In this document: piece after piece, positions 19,320 to 28,845 of the stretch
Position numbering within the stretch: the first letter of the stretch is position 1
How the letters are laid out: every line of letters begins with the position of its first letter
From: a bacterium
GTDB taxonomy: Bacteria > SAR324 > XYD2-FULL-50-16
Direction: 5' to 3'
Assembly: GCA_032250835.1 (NCBI GenBank)
Contig: JAVVEA010000003.1
Coordinates: forward strand, 57,458 to 121,457
DNA: 64,000 nucleotides
Notes under the pieces: generated by a model
Database searches by the model: none
What the model saw: only the letters and a program-made list of their open reading frames with translations
Told to the model about the DNA's origin: nothing
Position numbers and translations under genes: made by a program

Positions 19320-21953
19320 ATGGCCAGTTTAAAGCTCGCCCAACCGATCACCGAATGGGTGGAGAAGTCCAAGCTTCTTCCACTGATTTGGCCTGAAACT
19401 GCCCAACGGCAGAAGCTGTTGGGTAAGTTTTTGCTGTTGCTGATCCTTTCGGTGTTGATCACCGGACTGATCAGCCCTCGAGTGGTCCTGCAAGCCGAGC
19501 TTTACCAAGAAGGCGACATTATCCGCGCCAACATTGTCATCCCCGAAGACATGTTGCTGCCGGACCAAGTTTCCACCAACCTCAAGGGGGACAAACTGGT
19601 TAAGGAGTTGGGTGCCGTTTACGACTACGACCCCAACCTTTTCGCCCGCACCATTGGCCGAATCCAAACGGCCTTTGAGGGGGCGCGCAATGAAAATGCG
19701 CAAATTGCCGATTTGGTGGTTCACACCAAGCGCAAGCGGCATGACTTGGGCGCTGGCTACTTCCGGCTGCACCGCAATCTCCAAGAGACCAACCGCAAGG
19801 CCCGCTTCTATGGGCAGTTCCAGCGACTATTACAAGCTAGGTTGCAAAGCCTCAGCGGGCAAACCCAGCTAAGCGCCAATAACTTTGTCCGTAAGTCCAA
19901 GCTAGATGCTGACCTTCAGGCAGTTGGGCGGATTTTGGGTGGCCTGAAGGAAAACCAGCAACGCGACCAGAAGGGCCTGAAAAGCTATCCCGAGACCTTC
20001 AGAGAAATCCAAAAAGAATTGACCGCCGCCGCCGAGGTGATCGAACAGCGACGTCAGTCTATGGCCGGTAATTTTCTCAATGCGTTGGGCATCGACCCCA
20101 GCGAAGTGGACCCGGTCAGTCTGAGCTTTGACTTCACTTCCATTGATTTTGAACGGGACTTGATCGCCCTGTTGACCGGCGTGCAGAACCGCCAAATCAT
20201 CGCTTCAAAGGTGGAATTAAACGGTATCGATGGCAAGGTGGCGCTGCGCAATCTGGTCACCAGCGGTGACGAGCCCTTTAGTTCACCAGATCAGTTTTTG
20301 CTGCTCAGCGAGGCCCGCGACCTGTTGCGCCAACATGGTTCCGAAATATTCACCAGTGACGAAAGCGGAAACAAACGTAACTTGGCGGTGATCTTAGCCC
20401 AAAAGCTTTTGCGCCCGACCATCACGCCCAATAAACTGGAACTTGAAAAGCGCAAGGATCAGTTGGTCGCCGAGATGAGCCCCGTCTACTTTTCGGTCAA
20501 GAAGAGCGAGGTGATCGCCCGCGCCGGGGACCGGGCGACGGCCCATCAGGTCGAGATGATCCAAAGTTATTACGAGGAAATGGCCAAGGGCAACAAATGG
20601 CCCAAAATGCTGGGCAATCTGTTGATTGTTTTGTTTTTGTTGGTTTTGGTCTATTTTGTTTTGCAGCTCAAGGGCGGCGGCCGGGTTTCTTTTAAGTCGC
20701 TGCTGCTGATTGCGGTGGCGGTGGTCTCGACTATGTTGCTGGTCAAAGGCGGGGCGATTGTCTCGGATTTGATCGCCATGCGCTATACCGAGATGGATAC
20801 CGAGGTTTATCGCTACCTCTTCCCGGTGGCGCTTACCAGTATGCTGGTGGGGATCTTGATTAACTTTGAGGCGGCACTGCTTTCGGGCCTGTTGACCAGC
20901 CTTTTGGTCACCGTCATGCTGCAAGGCAACCTCTATTATTTCTTCTTCAGCATCGTCGGCAGCATGATCGCCTCGTTGCCGATGACCAAGTTCGACTCGC
21001 GCCATTCATTGCTCAACCACGGGCTGAAAGTGTCGGTCGTGAGCATGCCGGTGTTGCTGATCATCATGCTGATCGAGAAAAACGGTCTTGGCGGTTGGTC
21101 TTTGCCCTATTTTGTTTCCGGTGCTTTGGGCGGGGTCATGGCTGCGGTGGTGGCTTCGGTCTTGTTGCCCGCCTTTGAGGCGATCTTTGACGTCACCACT
21201 AACCTGCGCCTGTTGGAACTTTCCAACATGAACCACCCGGCCCTGAAGAACCTGATCTTCCGGGCACCGGGCACCTACCAACACAGCATCTTGGTGGGTA
21301 ACTTAAGCGAAGCCGCGGCCACCAAGATTGGGGCTAATCCTTTGCTGGCAAGGGTCGGTGCCTATTACCACGACCTAGGCAAAGGCGAAGACAGCCATTA
21401 TTTCATCGAAAACCAACCGGCCAACAGCACCAACATCCATGACGAGATGGACGATCCATACGCTTCGGCGGCCAAGATCATTGGCCACCTCACCGAAGGC
21501 AGCGCGCTCGCGGTAAAACACCGCTTAGGTAGCTTGATCCGGGATATGATCGTCCAGCACCATGGCCGTAGTTTGGTCCGGTATTTTTATGAAAAGGCCA
21601 ACCGGATGGCCGCCGAGTTGGGCCGTGAATCGCCCATAGACGACGAACCCTTCCGCTATCCAGGGCCTAAGCCACAAAGCTTAGAAGCCGCTTTGATCAT
21701 GTTGGCCGACGCCGCCGAGGCCTCGACCCGCAGCATCGAAAAACCCACCGAAGAACTGATTGCCCGGATGGTCGAGAAGGTCGGCTGGGGGATTTTAAAG
21801 GACGGTCAGTTAGATGAATCGGGCATGACCTTGGAGATGTTCCGCGATACGCTAGATTGCTTCGCTCAGGTTCTGCGTTCGGTCCACCACCACCGAATCC
21901 AATATCCCGACGAAGTGGGTCTGGTGACCAGCCGCCACCGGGCCTCCTTTTGA
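19320..21953 (+). CDS. 7TM-HD (HDIG) membrane phosphohydrolase, PgpH-like
   Basis: Extracellular 7TMR-HDED region, multiple TM segments, APGTYQHS, YYHDLGK, QHHG and FRYPGPKP; upstream of ybeY. Confidence 0.9.
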   Translation: MASLKLAQPITEWVEKSKLLPLIWPETAQRQKLLGKFLLLLILSVLITGLISPRVVLQAELYQEGDIIRANIVIPEDMLLPDQVSTNLKGDKLVKELGAVYDYDPNLFARTIGRIQTAFEGARNENAQIADLVVHTKRKRHDLGAGYFRLHRNLQETNRKARFYGQFQRLLQARLQSLSGQTQLSANNFVRKSKLDADLQAVGRILGGLKENQQRDQKGLKSYPETFREIQKELTAAAEVIEQRRQSMAGNFLNALGIDPSEVDPVSLSFDFTSIDFERDLIALLTGVQNRQIIASKVELNGIDGKVALRNLVTSGDEPFSSPDQFLLLSEARDLLRQHGSEIFTSDESGNKRNLAVILAQKLLRPTITPNKLELEKRKDQLVAEMSPVYFSVKKSEVIARAGDRATAHQVEMIQSYYEEMAKGNKWPKMLGNLLIVLFLLVLVYFVLQLKGGGRVSFKSLLLIAVAVVSTMLLVKGGAIVSDLIAMRYTEMDTEVYRYLFPVALTSMLVGILINFEAALLSGLLTSLLVTVMLQGNLYYFFFSIVGSMIASLPMTKFDSRHSLLNHGLKVSVVSMPVLLIIMLIEKNGLGGWSLPYFVSGALGGVMAAVVASVLLPAFEAIFDVTTNLRLLELSNMNHPALKNLIFRAPGTYQHSILVGNLSEAAATKIGANPLLARVGAYYHDLGKGEDSHYFIENQPANSTNIHDEMDDPYASAAKIIGHLTEGSALAVKHRLGSLIRDMIVQHHGRSLVRYFYEKANRMAAELGRESPIDDEPFRYPGPKPQSLEAALIMLADAAEASTRSIEKPTEELIARMVEKVGWGILKDGQLDESGMTLEMFRDTLDCFAQVLRSVHHHRIQYPDEVGLVTSRHRASF

Positions 21954-22384
21954 GCGATCCGTTAGAGATTCAGTTCGAAGAGGACCTCGAACCCTTCGAT
22001 ACCCAAGGCCTAGCCGAAAAGACCTTGGCCTTGATGGCCGCCGCGCAGATCACACGGCCCGTCAACTTACTCTTTTGTAGTCCCCAAAGCATTGCCGAAA
22101 TGAACGGCCAGTACCGCGGCCAGCCCAAAGCCACGGACATCCTTTCCTTTGGGTACGATGACCCACAAGAGCCTTTGGGTGACTTGGCTTTATGCCTAGA
22201 AGTGGCCCAGGCTCAGGCCCAAGAATTTGGTTTGGAGCTAGAAGAAGAGTTGCTTCGCCTCTTGGCCCACGGGCTGGTGCATCTGCTGGGATATGACCAC
22301 CAGAGCGAGGTTGAAGAGGCGGCTATGCTGGCGATGGAGCGCCGACTATTGGCCGCCATTGGCTTAGAAGGTCTATATCCCTGA
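21950..22384 (+). CDS. ybeY: rRNA maturation endoribonuclease
   Basis: TDILSF and HGLVHLLGYDH motifs. Probable TTG start overlapping the upstream TGA. Confidence 0.92.
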   Translation: MSDPLEIQFEEDLEPFDTQGLAEKTLALMAAAQITRPVNLLFCSPQSIAEMNGQYRGQPKATDILSFGYDDPQEPLGDLALCLEVAQAQAQEFGLELEEELLRLLAHGLVHLLGYDHQSEVEEAAMLAMERRLLAAIGLEGLYP

Positions 22385-22710
22385 GCCTTGATGAAGTGGT
22401 AGGCCCCTTCGCGGAAGTAAAGGTAAGGCGAAAAGATCAAGTGGTTCTTGAGGTCCGCTAGGTACTCGCGCTCTGGCGAGGCTATCCGGCGAAGCTCAAA
22501 TACCCAAAGCCCAAGCGCCCGAATGCCGAATACCGCCCTGCTGTTTGCTGAGGCGGCGGCTGGCCGGTCAAGGGCTTGGGCCTTAGAAGGACTTTATCCC
22601 TGAGCTTTGATGAAGTGGTAGGCCCCTTCGCGGAAGTAAAAGTAAGGCGAAAAGATCAAGTTGTTCTTGAGGTCCGCTAGGTACTCGCGCTCTGGCGAGG
22701 CCATCCGGCG
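22363..22710. repeat. Direct duplication of 129 bp (22363-22491 and 22582-22710) spanning the ybeY / lipoprotein convergent junction
   Basis: Manual alignment gives an offset of 219 bp with 6 mismatches. Confidence 0.93.
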
Positions 22711-23625
22711 GAAGGTCCAAGTGCCACCCTGGCGCTTTTGGCTACATTCTAACACCCCAAAATCGATGAAGATGCGCCGGTCCTCAGAGTTGACGTATAA
22801 CATCTGCGGTAGATAGTCGATCTCTCCGTTGCTGCTGTTGACCTGAATCTGATTGTCTTGCAGGTTCATGCGGTAGCTAAGGTCCCGCTGGGGGCGCCAG
22901 GGGGTGGCTGCTGCCGCTTGGGCCAGGGCCCCAGCCGGGTAGATTTGCTCTACCGGTTTGCGGCTCGTATCTAGGGCGCTCAGCGAGCCTTGTACATCCT
23001 GGGGGAAGGGGATGCGCAGGTCCACAAACTTGATCAAGCGGCTGTCCCGTTCGTTGCGCTTTTGCAGTTCCGCCCCGATGGCGTTGATGCTGTAAAAGAT
23101 CAAGTCCTTTTGGCTGACGTTGTAGATCACGTCCTCGACGGCGAAGGTTTGGTTCTGGTTGTCGATGGTCGCCAGCAGGGTCTTGCGGGGGTCTGACGTG
23201 TTTAAACGGACCACTAGGCGCATCTTGTCGGCCAGGGGGATCATCTTTTTGAGGCTTTCGAACTCAAACTCTACTTTACCAGCCACCAAGACCCGGGTCC
23301 ATTTGCGTAGTTCCTGGGCCACTACCGGGTGGTCCGGGGTCAGGCTTTTGGCCTGCTCAAGCCGCGCGAAGGCCATGTCCATTTTGCCTTCGGTGATATA
23401 GCGCTGGTAACGGATCAATAACTCTTCGGTGGTCCGTTCGGCGGTGCGGAGGTAGGCCTCTTTAAAGTCATCGTCGCCGGGGCTGGCAGTATAGGCCCGC
23501 TGGTATTCTAAGTTGGCCTCTTCAAAGCGCTCTTTGGATTCGAGCTCTCTGCCCTGGTAATAGTTATAGTTGCAGCTTGCCGCTAGTAGAAGCAAAGCGC
23601 TCAAACCGACTATGGATCGCCTCAT
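22594..23625 (-). CDS. Lipoprotein with N-terminal TPR-like helices, function unknown
   Basis: Lipobox LAASC after a basic/hydrophobic signal; 343 aa. Confidence 0.8.
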   Translation of the reverse strand: MRRSIVGLSALLLLAASCNYNYYQGRELESKERFEEANLEYQRAYTASPGDDDFKEAYLRTAERTTEELLIRYQRYITEGKMDMAFARLEQAKSLTPDHPVVAQELRKWTRVLVAGKVEFEFESLKKMIPLADKMRLVVRLNTSDPRKTLLATIDNQNQTFAVEDVIYNVSQKDLIFYSINAIGAELQKRNERDSRLIKFVDLRIPFPQDVQGSLSALDTSRKPVEQIYPAGALAQAAAATPWRPQRDLSYRMNLQDNQIQVNSSNGEIDYLPQMLYVNSEDRRIFIDFGVLECSQKRQGGTWTFRRMASPEREYLADLKNNLIFSPYFYFREGAYHFIKAQG

Positions 23626-23633
23626 GGATGGTT

Positions 23634-24635
23634 CTAATGGGTTGTTTGGGCCCCCGGTAGGGCCGCTAATTCTTTATCTAAAGCGCCCGCCCAATAGGGA
23701 CGTTTGCCTTGTTGCTTAAAGGCCCAAGGGTTCAACTGCTTAAAGCGGCTGATGGATTCTTTCCCTAATCCGCTGCTAAGGCCCGCTCCGTGGGCCAACA
23801 AGAGGGCCGCCAAGTCGTCTTCAGGGTTAAGTTTTAAGGCCCCTTGGGCAGTTTTCTCTACAAAACTAGGATAGCTCTGGCTTAGCTGGTAGTCGAGCGC
23901 CAATAGCGAGAGCAAGGACGCCGATTGGGGGTGCTCTTGTAAAGCCCGCCGCAACAGTCGGTCCGCTCGCTTGAGCAATGAGCCTCCCTTGGTGGGATCG
24001 CCATGGGCCGCGAGCAACAAATGGGTCGCCACTTCTGCTACCACCACCTCGTCGGCCTTAGAAGCTCCAAAAGCCCGGTCTAAAGCTTGGGCCTCGGCGA
24101 CACTGGGCGGAGTGCTGCGTTCATAGCGCAGGCGGCGGGCTCGGTAAAAGGCCTCACCCACTTCAGGGGCCAAATAAAATTCGGGTTCCGGCCATTTAGC
24201 TTGGGCGTCAATCGCCGCTAAAAGCTTGGCTGCCATTTGGGTTACGGTATCGGCGGTTTTGCTTTTCGTAAAGGTTTCTTCGAGTACCAACCGCTCTACC
24301 CCAGCGCGCAGTAGGCGGAGTTTGACGTAGGTCAACCGGCCTACTTGTTGGAAAGCACCGTCCAGCAAGAAGTCGCCGGGTTCCTTACCGCTCGGGGCTA
24401 AGGCAGAGACTTCAAAGCTGCTCAAGCGCAGACCGGCCCGTTCGAAGTTAGCGCGCAGCGTCAACTCCAAAAAGGCCCCATACCAGTTGGAATCGTCGGA
24501 GATGCGTTGGTTTTTGGGTACCAACAGCGTCACCAGCGGTTGGGCCGCTAGCTGGGGGAGGCCGCCCCAGAAAAGGGCGGCAGCAATCAAAAGGGGGACA
24601 AGCCTAGAAGTGATGGTGCTCGTGGTGGCCATCAT
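23634..24635 (-). CDS. Exported hypothetical protein (TolB-N-like then TPR-like)
   Basis: Signal-like segment RLVPLLIAAALFWGG. The start is uncertain because it overlaps the upstream gene. Confidence 0.65.
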   Translation of the reverse strand: MMATTSTITSRLVPLLIAAALFWGGLPQLAAQPLVTLLVPKNQRISDDSNWYGAFLELTLRANFERAGLRLSSFEVSALAPSGKEPGDFLLDGAFQQVGRLTYVKLRLLRAGVERLVLEETFTKSKTADTVTQMAAKLLAAIDAQAKWPEPEFYLAPEVGEAFYRARRLRYERSTPPSVAEAQALDRAFGASKADEVVVAEVATHLLLAAHGDPTKGGSLLKRADRLLRRALQEHPQSASLLSLLALDYQLSQSYPSFVEKTAQGALKLNPEDDLAALLLAHGAGLSSGLGKESISRFKQLNPWAFKQQGKRPYWAGALDKELAALPGAQTTH

Positions 24636-24849
24636 GCCCGAAAGCGTTCTCTGATGAGGAAGCATCGCCATTGCTGCCAGCTTCAGGGGCTTCGGCTTCG
24701 CCGACAGAGTCCATTTGCTGCAACAGTCCGGCAAGCTTTTCTTCATAAAGAGCTTTTTCGGTTTCTAGGTCTTTGACACGGCTTTGCAAGCCCTCAATGG
24801 TTTGCATCGCTTGCTTGATTCGGCCTTCAATCTGGTCGAGAATTTCCAT
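24604..24849 (-). CDS. ZapB-like coiled-coil protein with His-rich tail
   Basis: MEILDQIEGRIKQAMQTI resembles the ZapB N-terminus and EEKLAGLL its C-terminus; GAGGGA-like RBS upstream. Confidence 0.65.
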   Translation of the reverse strand: MEILDQIEGRIKQAMQTIEGLQSRVKDLETEKALYEEKLAGLLQQMDSVGEAEAPEAGSNGDASSSENAFGHDGHHEHHHF

Positions 24850-24938
24850 AACGTCCCTCGGGTTTTATTCTGGTTCAGCGTCGGGTGTGCTGTGTGTTTT
24901 CATACCGTTAAACACCCGCAATCGCAAGAATTTTCTAC

Positions 24939-26849
24939 CTATCCGCCAGTTGAGATTTCCAATTGCTGCAATAATTGGTTGTTGTAACGTACTTCCAATT
25001 CCTTGCGGAGTTCTTCAACCAACCCGCTGAGGAGGATTTGGGTTTTTTGTTGCTGCAACTCGCGCTCCAGCGCCATCAAGCCTCGGGGGTCTGTGTCCAC
25101 CGCGCCGGGGGTCTTGGAGATCAAATGCACCGCGTACCCTCGGTTGCCTTGGGATAAAAACCCCACTTCACCCGCTTCGAAGTGAGATAGGGCTTGTTGG
25201 AAGTCCCGGCCCACACGAAGACCTTGGATTTGGCGGTCTTTATAAAGGAACCGGATCGACTGTTGTTTTTTGTTCAGGCTCTGGGCCAGGGCGTTGAAGG
25301 CCTCGACGCTGGTAATCTGCTGCTCCATTTCGGCCAATTTGGCTTGGGTCAGTTCTTTTTCTTTGGCGCTGGTGGCTAGCAATTCGGCCTCGACGGCGAC
25401 TTCTTCAAAGCTTTTGGTTTGAGGTGCTTTGACGTCTTTGATTTGGTAAACTAGCAGCTGGTCGTTTAGGCTCAAGACCCCCGAATCACCGGACTTCTTT
25501 TCCTCGATTGCCGCATAGACGGGGGCGGCGTTGCCGAAGCTCGCTAGGTTGCCGCGCTCGTCAAAGAAATCGCTGGTTTGGGGGCTTTGTTTGATCGACT
25601 CGGCCAAGGTAGCCAATCCTTTTTTGGATAACTCCCCTTCGGCCTTGGCTTTCCAGTTTTCTAAACGGCGCTGGGCCTTGTCAGTACGGATCTGGGCGAC
25701 AATCTCGGCTTGCACTTCTTCAAAGGGGCGCTGCTGGGCACCGCGCTTTTCGATCAATTCGACAATGTGGTAACCAAACTGGGTCAAGAAGGGGGCGCTG
25801 ATTTCGCCGGGCTTAAGGGCCAAGGCTTGTTTTTCGAAGGGGCCAACCATATGGCCTTCTTCACTCCAACCCAAATCTCCGCCCCGCTGAGCTGAACCGG
25901 GGTCTTGGGAAAACTTCTTGGCTAGCGCCTCAAAGCTTTTGGGGTTCTTTTGTAGCTGGCTGTATAGCTCTTGCGCCTTGCTGCGGGCCGCCGAAGCCGC
26001 TTGCGCGTTGTCTTGCTCGGGCAGAGCGATCAAGATGTGGCGTGAGTGGTAGGAGGGCTTGGTGGTGAATTGGCTGCCCTTTTTTTGTTTGTAATACAGT
26101 GCGGCTGCTTGGTCGCTGACGGTGATCTCGTCTTTGATTTGGGCTAGGCCGTAGGTAAAGTACTCGATCTGAAACCGGGCCGGAGCCTGGAATTGTTCGG
26201 TATGGTCGTCGTAATACTTTTTGATCTCGGCGGCAGTTGGCTGAGCCGAAATCTTTAAGTCTGCCGGTTCGACGGGCAAGACCAGGGCTTGGTACGCCGT
26301 CTGGTCGCGTTGGTAGACGGTCTCGACATAAGCGCGGCTGACCGAGTGGCCGCTGTTGACCAGGGCCATTAACTTGTTGGCCAAAATCTCGCGGCGTAAG
26401 GTGCCTTCAAATTCAGCGGCGCTGTATCCTGAATTTTTTAAGAACTCCTGATACTTGGCTTGGTCGAAGCGCTGGTCGGTCAGGAAGATAGAGATTTCGC
26501 TTAAGCGCTCGGCCAATTCTTTGTCGGTCACCGCCAATCCAGCTTTCTCGGCAGCTTTCACCAACAGGGCGCTGTTGACCAAGCGGCTCAATACCTGGCC
26601 CTTGAGGTTCATCGCCTGGATCAGTTGGTCGGCGTTGGCTCCGTAGCTGCTGCGGATTTGCTCAGTGGCTTGATCGTAGGCACGCGAATACTGTTCGTAT
26701 TTAACTTCGATGTCGCCGACATCGGCCAGGGTGTTGACCCCTTGGTCTTGGTAGCTGCTGATGCCAAAAAAGAGCATCACCACCGCAACCATAACCACTA
26801 TGGCTTTGATGAAGAAGGATTGGACGTTGTTACGGATCAACGACAGCAT
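24939..26849 (-). CDS. ppiD: PpiD/SurA-type periplasmic chaperone, parvulin PPIase
   Basis: N-terminal TM segment, HILI, SQDPGSAQRGGDLG and TQFGYHI motifs. Confidence 0.88.
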   Translation of the reverse strand: MLSLIRNNVQSFFIKAIVVMVAVVMLFFGISSYQDQGVNTLADVGDIEVKYEQYSRAYDQATEQIRSSYGANADQLIQAMNLKGQVLSRLVNSALLVKAAEKAGLAVTDKELAERLSEISIFLTDQRFDQAKYQEFLKNSGYSAAEFEGTLRREILANKLMALVNSGHSVSRAYVETVYQRDQTAYQALVLPVEPADLKISAQPTAAEIKKYYDDHTEQFQAPARFQIEYFTYGLAQIKDEITVSDQAAALYYKQKKGSQFTTKPSYHSRHILIALPEQDNAQAASAARSKAQELYSQLQKNPKSFEALAKKFSQDPGSAQRGGDLGWSEEGHMVGPFEKQALALKPGEISAPFLTQFGYHIVELIEKRGAQQRPFEEVQAEIVAQIRTDKAQRRLENWKAKAEGELSKKGLATLAESIKQSPQTSDFFDERGNLASFGNAAPVYAAIEEKKSGDSGVLSLNDQLLVYQIKDVKAPQTKSFEEVAVEAELLATSAKEKELTQAKLAEMEQQITSVEAFNALAQSLNKKQQSIRFLYKDRQIQGLRVGRDFQQALSHFEAGEVGFLSQGNRGYAVHLISKTPGAVDTDPRGLMALERELQQQKTQILLSGLVEELRKELEVRYNNQLLQQLEISTGG

Positions 26850-26915
26850 CTGGACTCGCTTGTTATAGGTAAGAATTAATCTGATCGCCCAGCCTAACCG
26901 CAAAGCTCGCAGAGG

Positions 26916-27875
26916 TCAACCAGCCAGCGCACCGCCGCATGAAGAGCCCGCTCCGGCGGTGCAGCCGTAACAATGGTCGCCGGTGCGGATCGGCCTAGAG
27001 GCAAGCTCGTCCAAGCTGATTTGGCCTAGCTGGTTCCGCTCCTTTAAGATCGGCAGGCCCAAGGCATAGTTGAAGTCACAATCGTGCAGGGTCCCGTCCC
27101 AAGAGACGTGGATCTGATGGCGGCACATGATGGCCGGGAGGGTGGCTTCGTTGAAGCTGTCGGCCAGCAGCCCCAGGTATTCGACTTCCTTGCCTTCGGC
27201 CGCCAGACGGCGGCGGAAATGGCCAATAGGCATGTTGGTGATGCAGCTCAACCCAGTGAAGTGGACGCCAAAATCTTGATCTAGTTTTTGGTGGTAGTCC
27301 GCCTCTAAGGCGGCTTGGGCGGGCGGCAGGGTGGCCTTGCCAGGGTTGTAGACCAGCGTCAGGGGTAATTCAGGGTTGAGGCCGTAACCTAGGGCATTGA
27401 GCATCCGCATGGCATCGATGCTGGCTTCGAAGGTGCCTTTTCCGCGCTGTTGGTCCACGTTGCGCTGGCTATAACAGGGCAGTGAAGCCACCAAGCCCAC
27501 CTTGCGCTGGGCGAAGAACTGAGCTAAGCCAGCCGCCTCGGGCAACAAGAGGGCGGTTAGGTTAGTCCGCAGTTGCACTGGTTTGGGGGACAGGGCGTCA
27601 ACGAAGTCTCGGATATGGGGGTGCAGTTCCGGCGAACCACCGGTCAGGTCCACTTGGCGGATGCCCCGGTCCTGGGCCCATTCGGCCAGCTGCTGCATGG
27701 TAGCCCAACTCATTTCCTCGGTCCGCTTCGGACCTGCCTGAACGTGGCAATGCACACAAGCGAGGTTGCATTTGAGGCCCAAGTTGATCTGTAAAATACG
27801 GGGCCGTTCGGCGGTCAAGAACTGCGGGGAAACCTGCTCAGCGCGCTGGAAAAAGGTCGGGTTGACTAGGTTCAT
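26916..27875 (-). CDS. arsS: ArsS-like radical SAM protein with Cys-rich C-terminus (arsenosugar-biosynthesis family)
   Basis: CNLACVHC, LTGG, ASLPCY, DCDFN and HCYGCTAGAGSSCGG motifs. Confidence 0.8.
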   Translation of the reverse strand: MNLVNPTFFQRAEQVSPQFLTAERPRILQINLGLKCNLACVHCHVQAGPKRTEEMSWATMQQLAEWAQDRGIRQVDLTGGSPELHPHIRDFVDALSPKPVQLRTNLTALLLPEAAGLAQFFAQRKVGLVASLPCYSQRNVDQQRGKGTFEASIDAMRMLNALGYGLNPELPLTLVYNPGKATLPPAQAALEADYHQKLDQDFGVHFTGLSCITNMPIGHFRRRLAAEGKEVEYLGLLADSFNEATLPAIMCRHQIHVSWDGTLHDCDFNYALGLPILKERNQLGQISLDELASRPIRTGDHCYGCTAGAGSSCGGALAG

Positions 27876-27990
27876 CGTTCAGAGGAAACTTGGGGTTTAG
27901 TTTAAGCACATCCGTTGCCGAAAGGTTACGCTAAATCCGCCTGCTTGCAAAGCCTCCTTTGTAAGGGGCTTTGCCAGAGACTTAAATATT

Positions 27991-28845
27991 TTGCACAAGC
28001 TTTTTGAAGGATATGAGCGGATCGTTACCTTGGGGCCTGAAGGCACCTTTTCCAACCAAGCCGCCACTCTGGTCGGCGGGGACCGAATCCGCCGGATCGA
28101 TTATACGGTCACGCTGCCCCAGATTGTTAAAGAGGTGGTCGCCGACCCCAAGGCCTTAGGTGTCTTGCCCATTGAAAACAGCAGTTCGGGCATTGTGGGC
28201 CCCGCTCAGGATAGCCTCGTGGAATCTGAGGTGGTGATCATCGCCGAATTGCAGATTGCGGTGAGTTATGCCTTGGTTTCGCAGGTACCCCTAGAGGAGA
28301 TCGAGTCGTTTTACTGCCACGCTGTCGCCTTTGACCAGATCATGACCTTTACGGCCAACCACTTAAGCCAAGCCCAGGTGATCTACGCGGATTCAAACAT
28401 GAACGCCGCCCAGCAGTTTGCCGCTGAGCCCCAAGGCAGCAAGCGGGCCGCGGTGATCCCCAAAGTGGTGGCTAACCAAGACGAACGCTTTGAGGGGTTG
28501 ATTTTAGCTGAACAGATTGAGGACTACCAAAATAACAGCACTAGATTTGCGGTGGTCAAGAGAATCCCGGTCCCCTACCAGCCTGACTTTAAACGCAAGA
28601 AGACCTCACTGGTGGTGGAAACCCATGAAGACCGGCATAGCCTGCTGTTCGAGCTGCTACGCGAGTTTCACGTTTTCTCGATCAACCTCTGCCGCTTAGA
28701 GTCACGCCCTAGTAAGGCCCATGCTTGGCAGTACCGGTTTTTTATCGATTTTTACAACAACCACCGCACCGCCGCCTGTTTGGAAGCCCTCTCCGGAGCG
28801 GGCATCCATTATAAGCTGTTGGGCACCTATAGCTCGCTGACATGA
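27991..28845 (+). CDS. pheA: Prephenate dehydratase with ACT domain
   Basis: LGPEGTFS, PIENS, NSTRF and LESRP motifs; TTG start. Confidence 0.9.
   Translation: MHKLFEGYERIVTLGPEGTFSNQAATLVGGDRIRRIDYTVTLPQIVKEVVADPKALGVLPIENSSSGIVGPAQDSLVESEVVIIAELQIAVSYALVSQVPLEEIESFYCHAVAFDQIMTFTANHLSQAQVIYADSNMNAAQQFAAEPQGSKRAAVIPKVVANQDERFEGLILAEQIEDYQNNSTRFAVVKRIPVPYQPDFKRKKTSLVVETHEDRHSLLFELLREFHVFSINLCRLESRPSKAHAWQYRFFIDFYNNHRTAACLEALSGAGIHYKLLGTYSSLT

Noticed and set aside
22363-22710. DGR template/variable repeat pair
   Set aside because: Mismatches are not confined to adenines on either strand, and there is no reverse transcriptase in the window.
24850-24938. 6S RNA near the ZapB-like gene
   Set aside because: The gap is too short, and there is no zapA or long rod-like fold.
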